This document shows, one piece after another, positions 40,309-50,575 of a stretch of DNA of 64,000 bases; position 1 is the first letter of the stretch; each line of letters starts with the position of its first letter. Below the pieces are notes generated by a model. That model saw only the letters and a program-made list of their open reading frames with translations. It did not search any database and was not told where the DNA came from. The stretch lies in NCBI GenBank assembly GCA_964416155.1, contig CAYQCW010000006.1, forward strand, positions 80,785 through 144,784, given 5' to 3'. Position numbers and translations under genes: made by a program. Origin of the DNA: an uncultured Nitrososphaerota archaeon (GTDB lineage: Archaea; Thermoproteota; EX4484-205; JAAOZP01).

Positions 40309-41085
40309 ATGTACGAGTATGCTGAGGCTGCGAAGCCTTTTCTAATAGGCCAGGGTAGGAACGCTGTTCTTTTGATCCACGGCTTCACAGGTCTGCCCCA
40401 TGAGATGAGGGAGTACGGCGAACATCTTGCGAGCAGGGGCTTCAGGGTTTACGCCCCGCTTCTACCCGGGCACGGCTCATGCAAGGAGGAGATGATTAAG
40501 ACTGGGAGGGCCGACTGGGTGAGGGGCGCGGAGGAGGGCTTGAGGCTCCTCCACGAGGAGGGGGCTGAGAACGTTTTCGTCTCAGGCCTTTCAATGGGCG
40601 GTACTTTAACGCTTCATCTCGGTGAAAAGCATCCTGAGGTAAGGGGGCTCCTGCCGGTGTGCGGGCCGGTTTACCTGACCGACTGGAGGCTTCGCTTCCT
40701 ACTGCCAATCGTAAGCAGGTTTACAAACTATTACTCTGAGAACCTGAGCGATATTCTGGATAAGAGTGCTCTAGACAATCCTGTCGCGAGGGAGCACAGG
40801 AGGCGTTACGACAAGATTCCGCTCCCATGCGTGGCTGAGCTGCTCGAGCTGATAAGGGAGACAAGGGAGAGGCTGAGCATGGTTAAACAGCCTATTCTCA
40901 TTGCTCAGGCCAAGAGGGATAGGGTTGTCCCTCCGGGTAATGCTCACCATATTTATAGAAGCGTCTCCTCAACTGTTAAAAGGGTTCTCTGGCTTGAGAA
41001 CTCTGGCCACGTGGCCACGATGGATTTCGACAAGCATGTTCTTTTCAAAGAGGCTGCTGGCTTCTTCAATTCTCTAATACAGTAG
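40309..41085 (+). CDS. Carboxylesterase/monoacylglycerol lipase (alpha/beta hydrolase)
   Basis: HGFTG, GLSMGG, catalytic D and SGH. Confidence 0.9.
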   Translation: MYEYAEAAKPFLIGQGRNAVLLIHGFTGLPHEMREYGEHLASRGFRVYAPLLPGHGSCKEEMIKTGRADWVRGAEEGLRLLHEEGAENVFVSGLSMGGTLTLHLGEKHPEVRGLLPVCGPVYLTDWRLRFLLPIVSRFTNYYSENLSDILDKSALDNPVAREHRRRYDKIPLPCVAELLELIRETRERLSMVKQPILIAQAKRDRVVPPGNAHHIYRSVSSTVKRVLWLENSGHVATMDFDKHVLFKEAAGFFNSLIQ

Positions 41086-41124
41086 AATACTTTGAAAAAA
41101 GCGGGTCGCGCGCCGAGGTTCACT

Positions 41125-44079
41125 CTAATATTCTTCTCCAGCCCGATCCACTTTTTCTCTAAGCCTTTTTCCTCCCCTAACAGTAATCTTTAAACGCCTA
41201 CTCGGCTCCGGCGTGCCGACGACGATCTCTCTCCTCCCTTTTCCCTTAAGCTTCAGCCGGATTTTCACTTCGCGTGTTTCACCCGGCGAGAGGTCAACGC
41301 TCCTCCCAGCCAACTCCTCGCTGCCGCTCACCACCATAACCGGGACAATGTCTGAGATAGGCCCGTTGTTCCTGAGCCTAACCGTCAGCGTGAAGGCTTC
41401 TCCAGAAGCCACTGTCCCCCTGTCCGTCTTAAGGCTGACGCACCTCACGTCTGCAACAATCCTTCTCTCAATTTCGAGAGATGATTGAAGCCTAATGTCC
41501 TCTGAGGATGCTCCAACCATTATTTTAAACTCCCCTGGCTCAACGACCCGCCTCATATTCTCATCCAGGAAGGCGAGGTCGTCTGCAGTCAGGTTGAAGA
41601 CGATCCTCCTGCTTTCCCCGGGTTTTAAAAATACTCTTTGGAATCCTTTAAGCTCTTTAACAGGCCTGGCGACGCTCGCCACAGGATCCTGAACATAGAG
41701 CTGAGCGACCTCATCCCCCTCTTTCTCACCAACGTTGGCGACGTCGAAGCCTATTTCAAACGGGCCTTCTTCGCCACGTTTTTCAACCTTAAGATTGCTG
41801 TACTCGAACCTCGTGTAGCTTAAGCCGTGTCCAAAAGGGAAGAGCGGTCTGCCGGACATGTCGACGTAGTCGTAGCCCCTGCCCGTCGGCTTATAGTTGT
41901 AGTAGAGCGGGAGCTGCCCGACGTACCTAGGCCAGGTGAACGGGAGCCTGCCAGCAGGATTATAGTCTCCGAAAAGAACCTCTGCGATAGCGGTCCCACC
42001 CTCCTGACCAGGGTACCATGCTTGAACCAGTGCATGCACCTTCTTAATCCACTCGCCTGTGACTGCGCTTCCAGTAATGAGGACAACTATCGTGGGAGTG
42101 CCTGTTTCAACAATCCTTTCAATCATAATCTCCTGTAGCCTCGGCAGGTCGAGCACCGCCCTGTCCCTCCCCTCTCCCTCGATTATCTCTGCAAAGAATA
42201 CTGCGACGTCGGATTTCCTCGCGAGCCTTACGGCCTCCCTCACCTCCGGCACCGCCTCGTCAACATAGTCCCAGAGCAGGAATGCTGCAGCGTCGCCCAG
42301 GTGCTCGTAGTACTCTATCTTAATGTCGTACTGTTTACCCTTTTCAAGCTTTACGGCGACAGTATCCAGCGTAACACCCCTGTTGTGCCAAGAGTCGATG
42401 AGAAGCCTGCCGTCGAGCCAGAGCCTGACGCCGTCGTCGCTAGCGAGGCCGATTTCAAACACTCCGGTCTTGGGTGCGACCAGTCTCCCGGTCCAGCGGA
42501 CTGAAAAATCATCCTGAGGGAGCTCTGGGCCTGGTGAGCCTGTTCCCCAGTTGAAATTAACCTGCTTGTCAATCCTTGTTGAAACAGGTTTTCCCTTCAG
42601 CTCACGGTTGTCAAAGTATTCTCCCTTTAAACCATGGTTCTCTTCCCCAGGTCCCGGCACCAGGAACCTCGAGGGTATTGGAACATACTTTCCTACGGCT
42701 GTTGAAACCTTGACGTGGCGTATCTTTGTCCCGGGCTTGGCTTTCCTCCTTATGCCTTCAAGCGGGGTTACGGCGTATCGCGGGATGGTGCTGTAGCCTC
42801 CAAGCTTAACGCTGTCGGAAGCAGGCCCAAGGACCGCTATAGATTTTATCTTCTCCCTGTCTAAAGGCAGAACGTTGTCCTCGTTTTTAAGAAGGACGAT
42901 CGCCCCCCTCGCTGCTTGAAGAGCGAGCTGAACATGCTGCTCGCAGTTGCAGAGTTTCTCAGCCTCCTCGGGGTCTGTGAAAGGCTTGTCGAAAAGCCCT
43001 ATTAGGAACTTGGCCCTCAGGACTCTTCTAACAGCCTCGTCTAAAACCTCCATGGCTATCATGCGTTTCTCAACCGCTTTGGCAAGCGGGTCTCCGAAAA
43101 CATATGTCTCCGGAAGCTCTACTTCCAGCCCGGCTTCGACGGCGAGCTTAGCAGCCTCTTCGAGCGTCGCTGCGACGCGATGGTTGAAGAATATTCCTGC
43201 GACGGAGCCGTAGTCTGAGACGACGAACCCTTGGAAGCCCCATTCGTCTCTGAGAATACTGGTTAGGAGCCGCCTGTTGCTTGAACACGGAGCCCCGTCT
43301 AGAGAGTTATACGCGGCCATCAGGGAGAGAGCGCCAGCCTTCACACACGCCTTGAAACCAGGGAAGTAGACTTCTCTGAGAATCCTCTCTGAAAAATGGA
43401 TCTCGTTGCTGTCCCTCCCGCCGTCGCCTACAAAGTTGGCTGCGAAATGCTTAGGCGTCGCTATAACCCCTTCCTCAAGCATCGCCCTGCAGAATGATGA
43501 GCCCATTTCCGAGGTCAGGTACGAGTCTTCGCCGTAAGACTCCTCAGTCCTCCCAGCCCTAACGTCTCTAGCAATGTCGACCACTGGGGAGAGACACTGG
43601 TGGATTCCCCTGCTCCTTGTTTCCCTCGCAATCGCCTTTGAAACCCTGTAAACCAGCTCCCTGTCCCAGGTTGCCGCTAAGGCTATCGCCTGGGGGAAGC
43701 TTGTTGAAAACTTCGCTACGCATCCGTGTAGACACTCGTCGTGAATAATCACCGGTATTCCTAAACGGGTTTTCTCGACCGCTTTAACCTGGTACTGGTT
43801 CGCCTTTTCAGCCCCCTCCTTAGCCGGGAGGTCCCGGGTGACGTGCGTCAGGTTGCCTACGCCCTCATCCGGCATCTCCCTGCTGGACCTTAGTTGGGCA
43901 AGCTTCTCCTGAAGAGTCATCCTCTTGAGAAGGTCTTCAACCCTTTTCTCAACAGGCAGGCCCGTGTTTTCAAAAGGGTCTTTAACACTGTTCTTGTTGA
44001 AGTCAATCCAATCCTCATGGTAAATCTCGTTGCCGCTAACGTCCGGCGGAACATAATAGTTCCTCTTCTGCACGGACAT
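41125..44079 (-). CDS. GH3 beta-glucosidase/xylosidase with PA14, Fn3-like and CARDB-like domains
   Basis: KHF, VVSDY, PA14 insert (FSVRWTG..SDDG), FPFGHGLSYT, ELKGF. Confidence 0.93.
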   Translation of the reverse strand: MSVQKRNYYVPPDVSGNEIYHEDWIDFNKNSVKDPFENTGLPVEKRVEDLLKRMTLQEKLAQLRSSREMPDEGVGNLTHVTRDLPAKEGAEKANQYQVKAVEKTRLGIPVIIHDECLHGCVAKFSTSFPQAIALAATWDRELVYRVSKAIARETRSRGIHQCLSPVVDIARDVRAGRTEESYGEDSYLTSEMGSSFCRAMLEEGVIATPKHFAANFVGDGGRDSNEIHFSERILREVYFPGFKACVKAGALSLMAAYNSLDGAPCSSNRRLLTSILRDEWGFQGFVVSDYGSVAGIFFNHRVAATLEEAAKLAVEAGLEVELPETYVFGDPLAKAVEKRMIAMEVLDEAVRRVLRAKFLIGLFDKPFTDPEEAEKLCNCEQHVQLALQAARGAIVLLKNEDNVLPLDREKIKSIAVLGPASDSVKLGGYSTIPRYAVTPLEGIRRKAKPGTKIRHVKVSTAVGKYVPIPSRFLVPGPGEENHGLKGEYFDNRELKGKPVSTRIDKQVNFNWGTGSPGPELPQDDFSVRWTGRLVAPKTGVFEIGLASDDGVRLWLDGRLLIDSWHNRGVTLDTVAVKLEKGKQYDIKIEYYEHLGDAAAFLLWDYVDEAVPEVREAVRLARKSDVAVFFAEIIEGEGRDRAVLDLPRLQEIMIERIVETGTPTIVVLITGSAVTGEWIKKVHALVQAWYPGQEGGTAIAEVLFGDYNPAGRLPFTWPRYVGQLPLYYNYKPTGRGYDYVDMSGRPLFPFGHGLSYTRFEYSNLKVEKRGEEGPFEIGFDVANVGEKEGDEVAQLYVQDPVASVARPVKELKGFQRVFLKPGESRRIVFNLTADDLAFLDENMRRVVEPGEFKIMVGASSEDIRLQSSLEIERRIVADVRCVSLKTDRGTVASGEAFTLTVRLRNNGPISDIVPVMVVSGSEELAGRSVDLSPGETREVKIRLKLKGKGRREIVVGTPEPSRRLKITVRGGKRLREKVDRAGEEY

Positions 44080-44143
44080 TTTGGTTTAAACACGGGTTTG
44101 AAGCTTTTAAGGTTTTAAAACGTTCAAGACTTGCTGACAGGAG

Positions 44144-45484
44144 TCACCTTAGTTTGCCGCCCAGCCTTTTCAAAAGGCTCTCCGTCTTCACACGGATCTC
44201 CCTCGGATCCTCATCCCTCGGGAAGTAAACCCTCAGAGTGACGCTTTTGAAACCCTTCGGAATCTGCTCCCCGACGTATGTTTCAAGAACCTCTATCCTG
44301 AAGGCTTCAGGCATGAATCTCTCAAGGATCTCCCTGCAGAAGCCGTGTTCAAACTCTACGGGGAGCATTACTGAGAAGTCTAGGCTTGACTCTCCGAAGA
44401 GGCTTCTCCTAGCCTCCATCGTAGCCTTCTCGTCCAGAAGCATCACGTTGAATAGGCTTAGGTTCACTGTCTTCTTCCTACTCTCCTCTATTTCAATCGT
44501 GTTGGCTGAAACACTCTTAAGTATGCCGAGGTGAAGCTTCCCGGTTTGAATGTTTTCCAGGCAGACTTTTTTACCGATAAGACCTTCAAGAATGTTCTTC
44601 TCCCTCTGGAGGGTTGAAACCATCCTATCCGACATGGATAAGAGAGTTGTCGAGGATTCTGTCGACATAAAATGTTTGCAGGAGGATGCGATCTGTCTAA
44701 CTATCTCTCTAATGTTTTTTGTCTTAGTCTCCTCGTAAAGTCTAACCGCCTGAGTTATAAAGGCTTCCTGAACATCCGAAACATACGGGTTATAAACCTG
44801 TAACTGCGCGTAGAGTTCAGGGTTCTGACAGATAACTCTGTAGACAATCGGGAGAAATGCGTTGTAAATGGGGCTTGAAAACCGTCTGGATTGCTTCAAA
44901 TCCACGTTCATCTCTCTAATCACTCCTGCGAAAACCATGGTTGTGAAATGCGTTAACCCCTGAACTATACTCATCATCCGATCATGGTCCGCTCCAGTTG
45001 TCACAACAATATCAGCCCCCTTATGTTCAAGAAAGCTCTTCACCCTGTTGAACCATTTCTCAGACCTGACAGGTATTATCGCAACCACTTGATCCTTAAT
45101 ATCCTTAACCCTAGGACCGAACATGGGGTGTATGCTTACCAACTCTACACCTGGAGGAGAATGCTTCAACATTGCCGAGATAGCTTTCGTCTTTATAGAT
45201 GCGATGTCGACAAGCAGAGAACCTTCTCTCATGCTTGGGGCAACCTCAGCTATCACCTCCGGAGTATTCTCGACAGGCACCGAGACTATTACAATGTCTG
45301 ATTCTGAAGAAGCCTTCCTATTTTCCCGTTCATACCTGACCCCCATCGTTTTAACCAGCTTGGCTCCCTCGATCTCATCAGGGTCGGCAACAATGATTTC
45401 TACGCCCTCTATTTCCTTGAGGAAACCCACTACCCATTTCCCCATTGCGCCACAGCCACCTATGATCGACACTTTCACAACCAT
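44144..45484 (-). CDS. tyrA: Prephenate dehydrogenase with C-terminal FDX-ACB-like extension
   Basis: GGCGAMG, DIASIK, HPMFGP, HDRMMSIVQGLTH; tail YVGEQIPKGFKSVTLR. Confidence 0.9.
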   Translation of the reverse strand: MVVKVSIIGGCGAMGKWVVGFLKEIEGVEIIVADPDEIEGAKLVKTMGVRYERENRKASSESDIVIVSVPVENTPEVIAEVAPSMREGSLLVDIASIKTKAISAMLKHSPPGVELVSIHPMFGPRVKDIKDQVVAIIPVRSEKWFNRVKSFLEHKGADIVVTTGADHDRMMSIVQGLTHFTTMVFAGVIREMNVDLKQSRRFSSPIYNAFLPIVYRVICQNPELYAQLQVYNPYVSDVQEAFITQAVRLYEETKTKNIREIVRQIASSCKHFMSTESSTTLLSMSDRMVSTLQREKNILEGLIGKKVCLENIQTGKLHLGILKSVSANTIEIEESRKKTVNLSLFNVMLLDEKATMEARRSLFGESSLDFSVMLPVEFEHGFCREILERFMPEAFRIEVLETYVGEQIPKGFKSVTLRVYFPRDEDPREIRVKTESLLKRLGGKLR

Positions 45485-45587
45485 TTACACCCTGTTTAGT
45501 ACCCGCTCAGCCTCTATTTTTATCTTAACTCCAGAAGCCATCAGCATCCGACGCTATCCCCTTAAACAGTTTAAAGACGGCAGAGCC

Positions 45588-46127
45588 TCACAATACGTAG
45601 AGATACACGGTGTGAAGATGCTGTTTTCCCGAGGGTATGCTCTTGGATTTTAATGGTTTCAAGCCTTCAAGAGGATGATCGTGAACGAGAATCCTTGTTC
45701 CACGGGGGCATTCATCCAGCAGCTTTATGGTAAGCCCCTTAACAATGGAGGGGAATGGATAAACATAGATGAGTTTGAACCGTGACAGGTCTACCCTGAA
45801 GAGGTCTGCCTGAATTAGGTTAACCATATGATTGAGCCCTGCTTCTCTCACCCTTCTTCTCGCAATGTTGATTAGCCTGCAGTCGAGTTCAAACCCTACG
45901 CTAAAAACTTCATATTTCTCGGCCGCCCTTAACAGAGCATTACCGTCTCCGCACCCAAGATCTGCTAAAACATCCTTGGGATTTAGCTCTGCTAACTCTA
46001 GTGCAACATCAACAACTTCAATTGGGCTTGGTAAGTATGGGAATTCGCCAAGCATGTGTGAAATCAGTAGGTCGCGCCCCCCCATGATGGTTTCCTCCAA
46101 ACCTGCCGCTTTAAGTATGATAAACAC
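45588..46127 (-). CDS. Class I SAM methyltransferase (FAM173/archaeal lysine-MTase-like)
   Basis: PYLPSP, DLGCGDG, GTRILVHD. Confidence 0.8.
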   Translation of the reverse strand: MFIILKAAGLEETIMGGRDLLISHMLGEFPYLPSPIEVVDVALELAELNPKDVLADLGCGDGNALLRAAEKYEVFSVGFELDCRLINIARRRVREAGLNHMVNLIQADLFRVDLSRFKLIYVYPFPSIVKGLTIKLLDECPRGTRILVHDHPLEGLKPLKSKSIPSGKQHLHTVYLYVL

Positions 46128-46221
46128 TGTTAAAAGGCTTATTCCTATGATTTATATAAACATGAAGAACATGTCTAAGAAAAGTTTAAAATATGTAACC
46201 AGAAGCATTTTGAAAAAATAA

Positions 46222-47496
46222 ATGAAGCTAGTAGTGTTTGAAGATGATTCGACCCATAATTTTGAGCCGCTTACTCTAACTAGAGGAGTTTTTGACCTTA
46301 GGCTTGGCTTATTCTCATTTGCAGACCGTATTAAACACTTTATGCAGGTTGAGCAAATAGACTTTCTGACAAGAGACTATATTGCAAGACACATCAGGGA
46401 GAGTAGAGAGGTCAGGGCTAACGAGCCTGAAAAAATAGATGATGAAACCCTTTTCGTTAATGGGACACTGGTTTTCGACAAAGAGCTTCGTAAAATGGTT
46501 CAGAAGATTAAACCTGGAACCGTTGTTCTCAAGGAGAGCAGACTGGTCTTAGCCAGATTCAGCGAAACCTCTGCAAGAGAAGTAGCCTCACTGCTTATGA
46601 ATGCACCGGGTCTCGATGCGACGAAATTGATAAGGGAAAAGGCTTCGGAACATGTTGAATATAGTGGAGAATCATTGATAACAAACTTCTGGGAGATCAT
46701 AGAGAGGAATGCCTCTCAAATAACTGCGGATTACGAAGCTATGCCTAGGCTTCGGTCAAGGATACCTGTTGAAACTCGGATAATAGGGAAGAGGAAAAAC
46801 GTGTACATAGGAAAAGGCTCGAATATTGATCCCAATGTTATGCTGAATGTTGAAAAAGGCCCGGTATACATAGGGGAGGATTGCGAAATACATTTCAGCA
46901 GCTTTATACAGGGCCCAGCCTATATTGGGCCTGGGACAATAGTGCATCCTTTCTCGATCATAAGGGAGGGGTCCAATATCGGGGCTGTTTGCAGAGTCGG
47001 GGGAGAAATTGAGGAAACAATAATACAGGGTTATTCGAACAAGCAGCACGTTGGGTTTCTCGGCCATGCTTATGTCGGGGAATGGGTTAACCTGGGAGCA
47101 TTGTTCACGAATTCCGATTTAAAGAACACGTATGGAAACATTAGAATCACGGTTAGAGGCAGGAAGGTTGACTCGGGCAGAATAAAGCTAGGAGGGATCA
47201 TTGCGGACCATGTTAAAGCATCAATAGGCACACTCGTCTACACTGGGAAAAAGGTTGGAGTTGCATCGAGGATAGAGGGGCTTGTTATGGAGGATGTTCC
47301 CTCCTTCGTATTATATGCTAAAACTCATGGATTTCCGGTTTGGGAGATAAGCGTTGAGGAAGCGGCAAAAGTCGCTAAGAGAATGATGGCTAGGCGTAAA
47401 GTTGAGTTCACGGCTGCAGATGAACAGTTGCTGAGAAATGTTTTCGAGCTGACAAGAGGAGAGCGCGAGGAGAAGAAGCCTCATATAGGAGCTTAA
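46222..47496 (+). CDS. GlmU-like sugar nucleotidyl/acyltransferase with left-handed beta helix
   Basis: PLTLTR..DLRLG, GPVYIG, SNKQH.GFLGH.YVGEWVNLGA..NSDLKN. Confidence 0.85.
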   Translation: MKLVVFEDDSTHNFEPLTLTRGVFDLRLGLFSFADRIKHFMQVEQIDFLTRDYIARHIRESREVRANEPEKIDDETLFVNGTLVFDKELRKMVQKIKPGTVVLKESRLVLARFSETSAREVASLLMNAPGLDATKLIREKASEHVEYSGESLITNFWEIIERNASQITADYEAMPRLRSRIPVETRIIGKRKNVYIGKGSNIDPNVMLNVEKGPVYIGEDCEIHFSSFIQGPAYIGPGTIVHPFSIIREGSNIGAVCRVGGEIEETIIQGYSNKQHVGFLGHAYVGEWVNLGALFTNSDLKNTYGNIRITVRGRKVDSGRIKLGGIIADHVKASIGTLVYTGKKVGVASRIEGLVMEDVPSFVLYAKTHGFPVWEISVEEAAKVAKRMMARRKVEFTAADEQLLRNVFELTRGEREEKKPHIGA

Positions 47497-47518
47497 GTTT
47501 AGTTAGGCACTAAGCTGG

Positions 47519-48376
47519 TCACTTATAGCAGGATGCGGGAGCCTCTAGCCTGTCCATGTCCTCCTTAGCCAAGCTCCAGCCTGCTGCCCCAATGTTCTCA
47601 ACAACTCTTTCCGGTTTAGAGGCTCTAGGTATTGGAAAAACCATCCTACTCTTACTTATAAGCCAGTTGAGAGCTATTTGGGCAGGGGTCTTACCACCAT
47701 ACTTTCTGCTGACCTCCTCTATTATGGGTTTCAATCTTCCTGAGGCCTTAGACAGGGTGCCGTGGGCTAGAGGCCGGTAAGCCATTATTGCAATATTGTT
47801 TTCTTCACAATATGGTAGAAGATCACGTTCTATACGCCTGACCGCGAGACTGTACTCTACCTGATTGGACACTATCTCGTGGTTCGGTAACGCTTCCTGA
47901 GCCTTCTTCAACTGTTCCAGCGAGAAGTTGCTTACTCCCACGTGCCTGACTTTACCCTCCTCTACTAGTCTGCTCATAGCGCGCATAGTTTCCTCTATAG
48001 GCACCCTTGGGTTTGGCCAATGAATCTGATACAGGTCTATGTAGGAGCAACCCAGCCTCCTAAGGCTTCTCTCAGCAGCCTTCAAAACACTCGGGTAGCG
48101 AAGGTTAGTGAGCCAGACTTTAGTCGCTATGAAAAGCTCGTCCCTCCTAAACCCCCTTATCGCCTCGCCCACCAAGTTCTCCGTCTGGTATATTTCAGCA
48201 GTGTCAATAAAGTTGATTCCGAGTTCAATACCCCTTCTTAAAGCAGCTTTCTTCAATTCCCTGTTCCGATTTAGGCCAAACATTCTTGCTAAAGCAATAT
48301 AAGTAGGATCGTAGTAAGTTCCCATCCCAATGACTGAAACCTTGAACCCCGTTTTACCGAATCCGCGGTACTCCAT
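47519..48376 (-). CDS. Aldo/keto reductase
   Basis: DTAEIY, ATKV, DLYQIHWP, GVSNF. Confidence 0.93.
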   Translation of the reverse strand: MEYRGFGKTGFKVSVIGMGTYYDPTYIALARMFGLNRNRELKKAALRRGIELGINFIDTAEIYQTENLVGEAIRGFRRDELFIATKVWLTNLRYPSVLKAAERSLRRLGCSYIDLYQIHWPNPRVPIEETMRAMSRLVEEGKVRHVGVSNFSLEQLKKAQEALPNHEIVSNQVEYSLAVRRIERDLLPYCEENNIAIMAYRPLAHGTLSKASGRLKPIIEEVSRKYGGKTPAQIALNWLISKSRMVFPIPRASKPERVVENIGAAGWSLAKEDMDRLEAPASCYK

Positions 48377-48526
48377 AGCTCTACGTATATCAGATGGTTT
48401 CTAAAAAATTTAAATGAAATGCAGAACCCGCCTTAGTGTTGTAAGCAACTTGAAGGAATCAAATATGATTCACTTCTAAATCTGGAGAAAAGTCGCCTGT
48501 TGATATAAGGCAATGACTACGAAAAA

Positions 48527-48688
48527 CTAGGCCTTAACCTTCATCCTGATGAACGAGTCTTGGGCCTTGGAGCGCGTAGCCTTCACGATGTGTAGGCATG
48601 GCGGGTAGCTAAGCTTCTCTACCTGAGCCCTTGCTTCTACAAGAATCGCGTCAGCCACACATTTTCCGCTGAGAACCTTTGCAACCAA
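48527..48688 (-). pseudogene. folD: folD 5' remnant (methylene-THF dehydrogenase/cyclohydrolase)
   Basis: MVAKVLSGKCVADAI..PCLHIV..SFIRMKVKA* matches the FolD N-terminus; directly downstream of glyA. Confidence 0.7.
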
Positions 48689-48694
48689 TCCTGA

Positions 48695-50035
48695 TCACAC
48701 AAGCTCCTTGTAGAGCGGAAACTTCTCGCATAAGACTCTTACTTTCTCCCTGCACTCAGCTATAACACTGTTTTCAAGCATCTTCGCCTTAAACTCTCTT
48801 ACGTACTTCTGCCTATTTTTCGGGGGTAGTTTGAATTTGAGTGTTTCACGAGCAATTTTGGCGAGAATCTCTCCTATCTCCTTCATCTCCGCCTCCCTCA
48901 TTCCACGGGAGGTGACTGCGGGTGTGCCAGCCCTCACGCCACTAGGGTAGAATGGTGAAGACTTCTCCCCTGGGACAGTGTTCTTGTTGACGATGATTCC
49001 GCATAGTTCTAGTGCCTCCTGAACAAGGATGCCTTTACCCACCCCGTTGTCTGACAAGTCTATTAAAACCATATGTGTATCTGTTCCTCCAGTGACCAGT
49101 TTCAACCCGTGTTCAATAAGCGTCTTGCCAAGAGCCCTAGCATTTCTAACAATCTGCTCCGCATACTCCTTGAAAGCCGGCTCCTGAACCAGTTTAAGCG
49201 CTACGGCTATCGCAGCAATATTATTCTCATGGGGGCCACCCTGTAGACCAGGGAAAACTGCTTTATCTATCTTCTCAGGCAGATCCTCATCCTTCCTCAA
49301 ACCCTTCTCCGTAACCATTATCATGGCTGCACGCGGCCCTCTCAGGGTCTTATGTGTCGTTGTCGTTATTATGTGGGCATGTTGAGAAGGACTAGGGTGT
49401 ACACCAGCCGCTACAAGGCCAGCTATGTGAGCTATATCCGCAGCCATGTATGCACCCACCTCGTCAGCCATCTCCCCGAATTCTTTGAAGGGGAATGTCC
49501 TAACGTATGCGGAGTAGCCGCACCATATGAGCTTAGGCTTATGCTCCCTAGCCAGTTTCCAAGCCCCATCAATGTCAATCAAACCATCCTCCTTCACGTG
49601 GTACGGGACACTCCTGTAAAAGATCCCGCTGAAGTTAACCCCCCATCCATGGGAGAGGTGGCCGCCCTCCCTGAAGTCAAGCCCCATTATGGTGTCCCCC
49701 GCTTTACACGTAGAAAGGTAGACAGCTAGGTTCGCAGGAGTCCCAGAGTAGGGTTGGACATTCACGTAGGGGACGCTGAAAACCTTTTTAGCTCGCTCTA
49801 TCGCAAGCTTCTCAACCTCGTCTACAACCTCGTTTCCACCGTAATACCTACGCCCAGGGTAACCCTCCGAATACTTGTTTGTGAAAACCGATCCGAGTGC
49901 GGATAGAATAGGGACAGGAGCGAAGTTCTCGGAAGGTATTAAGTCAAGGGTTTCACGCTGGCTTTGGAGCTCCCTCAGGATTAGCCTGCCGACCTCCTCA
50001 TCAGTCTTCATCAAGTCTTCAAGCCAACAGGACAT
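48695..50035 (-). CDS. glyA: Serine hydroxymethyltransferase, bacterial type
   Basis: LIPSEN, NKYSEGYPGRRYYGG, GGHLSHG, TTTHKTLRGPR, FPGLQGGP. Confidence 0.96.
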   Translation of the reverse strand: MSCWLEDLMKTDEEVGRLILRELQSQRETLDLIPSENFAPVPILSALGSVFTNKYSEGYPGRRYYGGNEVVDEVEKLAIERAKKVFSVPYVNVQPYSGTPANLAVYLSTCKAGDTIMGLDFREGGHLSHGWGVNFSGIFYRSVPYHVKEDGLIDIDGAWKLAREHKPKLIWCGYSAYVRTFPFKEFGEMADEVGAYMAADIAHIAGLVAAGVHPSPSQHAHIITTTTHKTLRGPRAAMIMVTEKGLRKDEDLPEKIDKAVFPGLQGGPHENNIAAIAVALKLVQEPAFKEYAEQIVRNARALGKTLIEHGLKLVTGGTDTHMVLIDLSDNGVGKGILVQEALELCGIIVNKNTVPGEKSSPFYPSGVRAGTPAVTSRGMREAEMKEIGEILAKIARETLKFKLPPKNRQKYVREFKAKMLENSVIAECREKVRVLCEKFPLYKELV

Positions 50036-50195
50036 ATAACGTTATTCTCGACGCCACCCACACCCTTATAAGGGCTTCGATTTGCGAGAAACACTTATTC
50101 CGGCTCCTGAATAATCCTTGCAATGTTTTTAGCGCTTCAACAATCCTAGGCAACGGTAAAACCTTTTTATAACTAGTTGTTGTCCAGGCTTGGGA

Positions 50196-50390
50196 ATGGA
50201 TGAGGAGCTCGCCGACGCTAAGGCTGGGCTTAGAAGGATTGCGATGGAAAAAATCCTCTCCATGACTTAGCAGAGACGGAGTAAAAGCTTAAAGATCACC
50301 TCCAAGATTAAAGAGCTTAAAGAGTTCTCCAGAGCCAGGTGCGTAATGGTCTACGTTTCTAAGAGTGACGAGGTCGCGCGCGCACGCTAA
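50196..50390 (+). pseudogene. 5-formyl-THF cyclo-ligase 5' remnant
   Basis: KAGLRR..KS..I..L.EF..A..VMVYVS..DEV; in-frame TAG at 50268; similarity stops at GCGCGCGCACGCTAA. Confidence 0.65.
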
Positions 50391-50555
50391 TAAACCTGCG
50401 AAGATCATGCTCTGAAGCAACAGGTTTGAGAGAAGTACACTCGCTATCACTGTCAAGATGCTGCCTAAGAGATAGAAAACTCTTTTGCTCATGAATACTG
50501 GCTCTGAAACTCTTAGGAATTGCAGGTTGTAGCCTGAGACGCTGACCCTGTACAT
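50289..50555 (-). pseudogene. Membrane-protein gene probably truncated near 50390, reading on into the opposite-strand remnant
   Basis: Hydrophobic N-terminus up to the motif, then antisense to the cyclo-ligase remnant. Confidence 0.4.
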
Positions 50556-50575
50556 TCCCCCCTTATACTTGTAGA

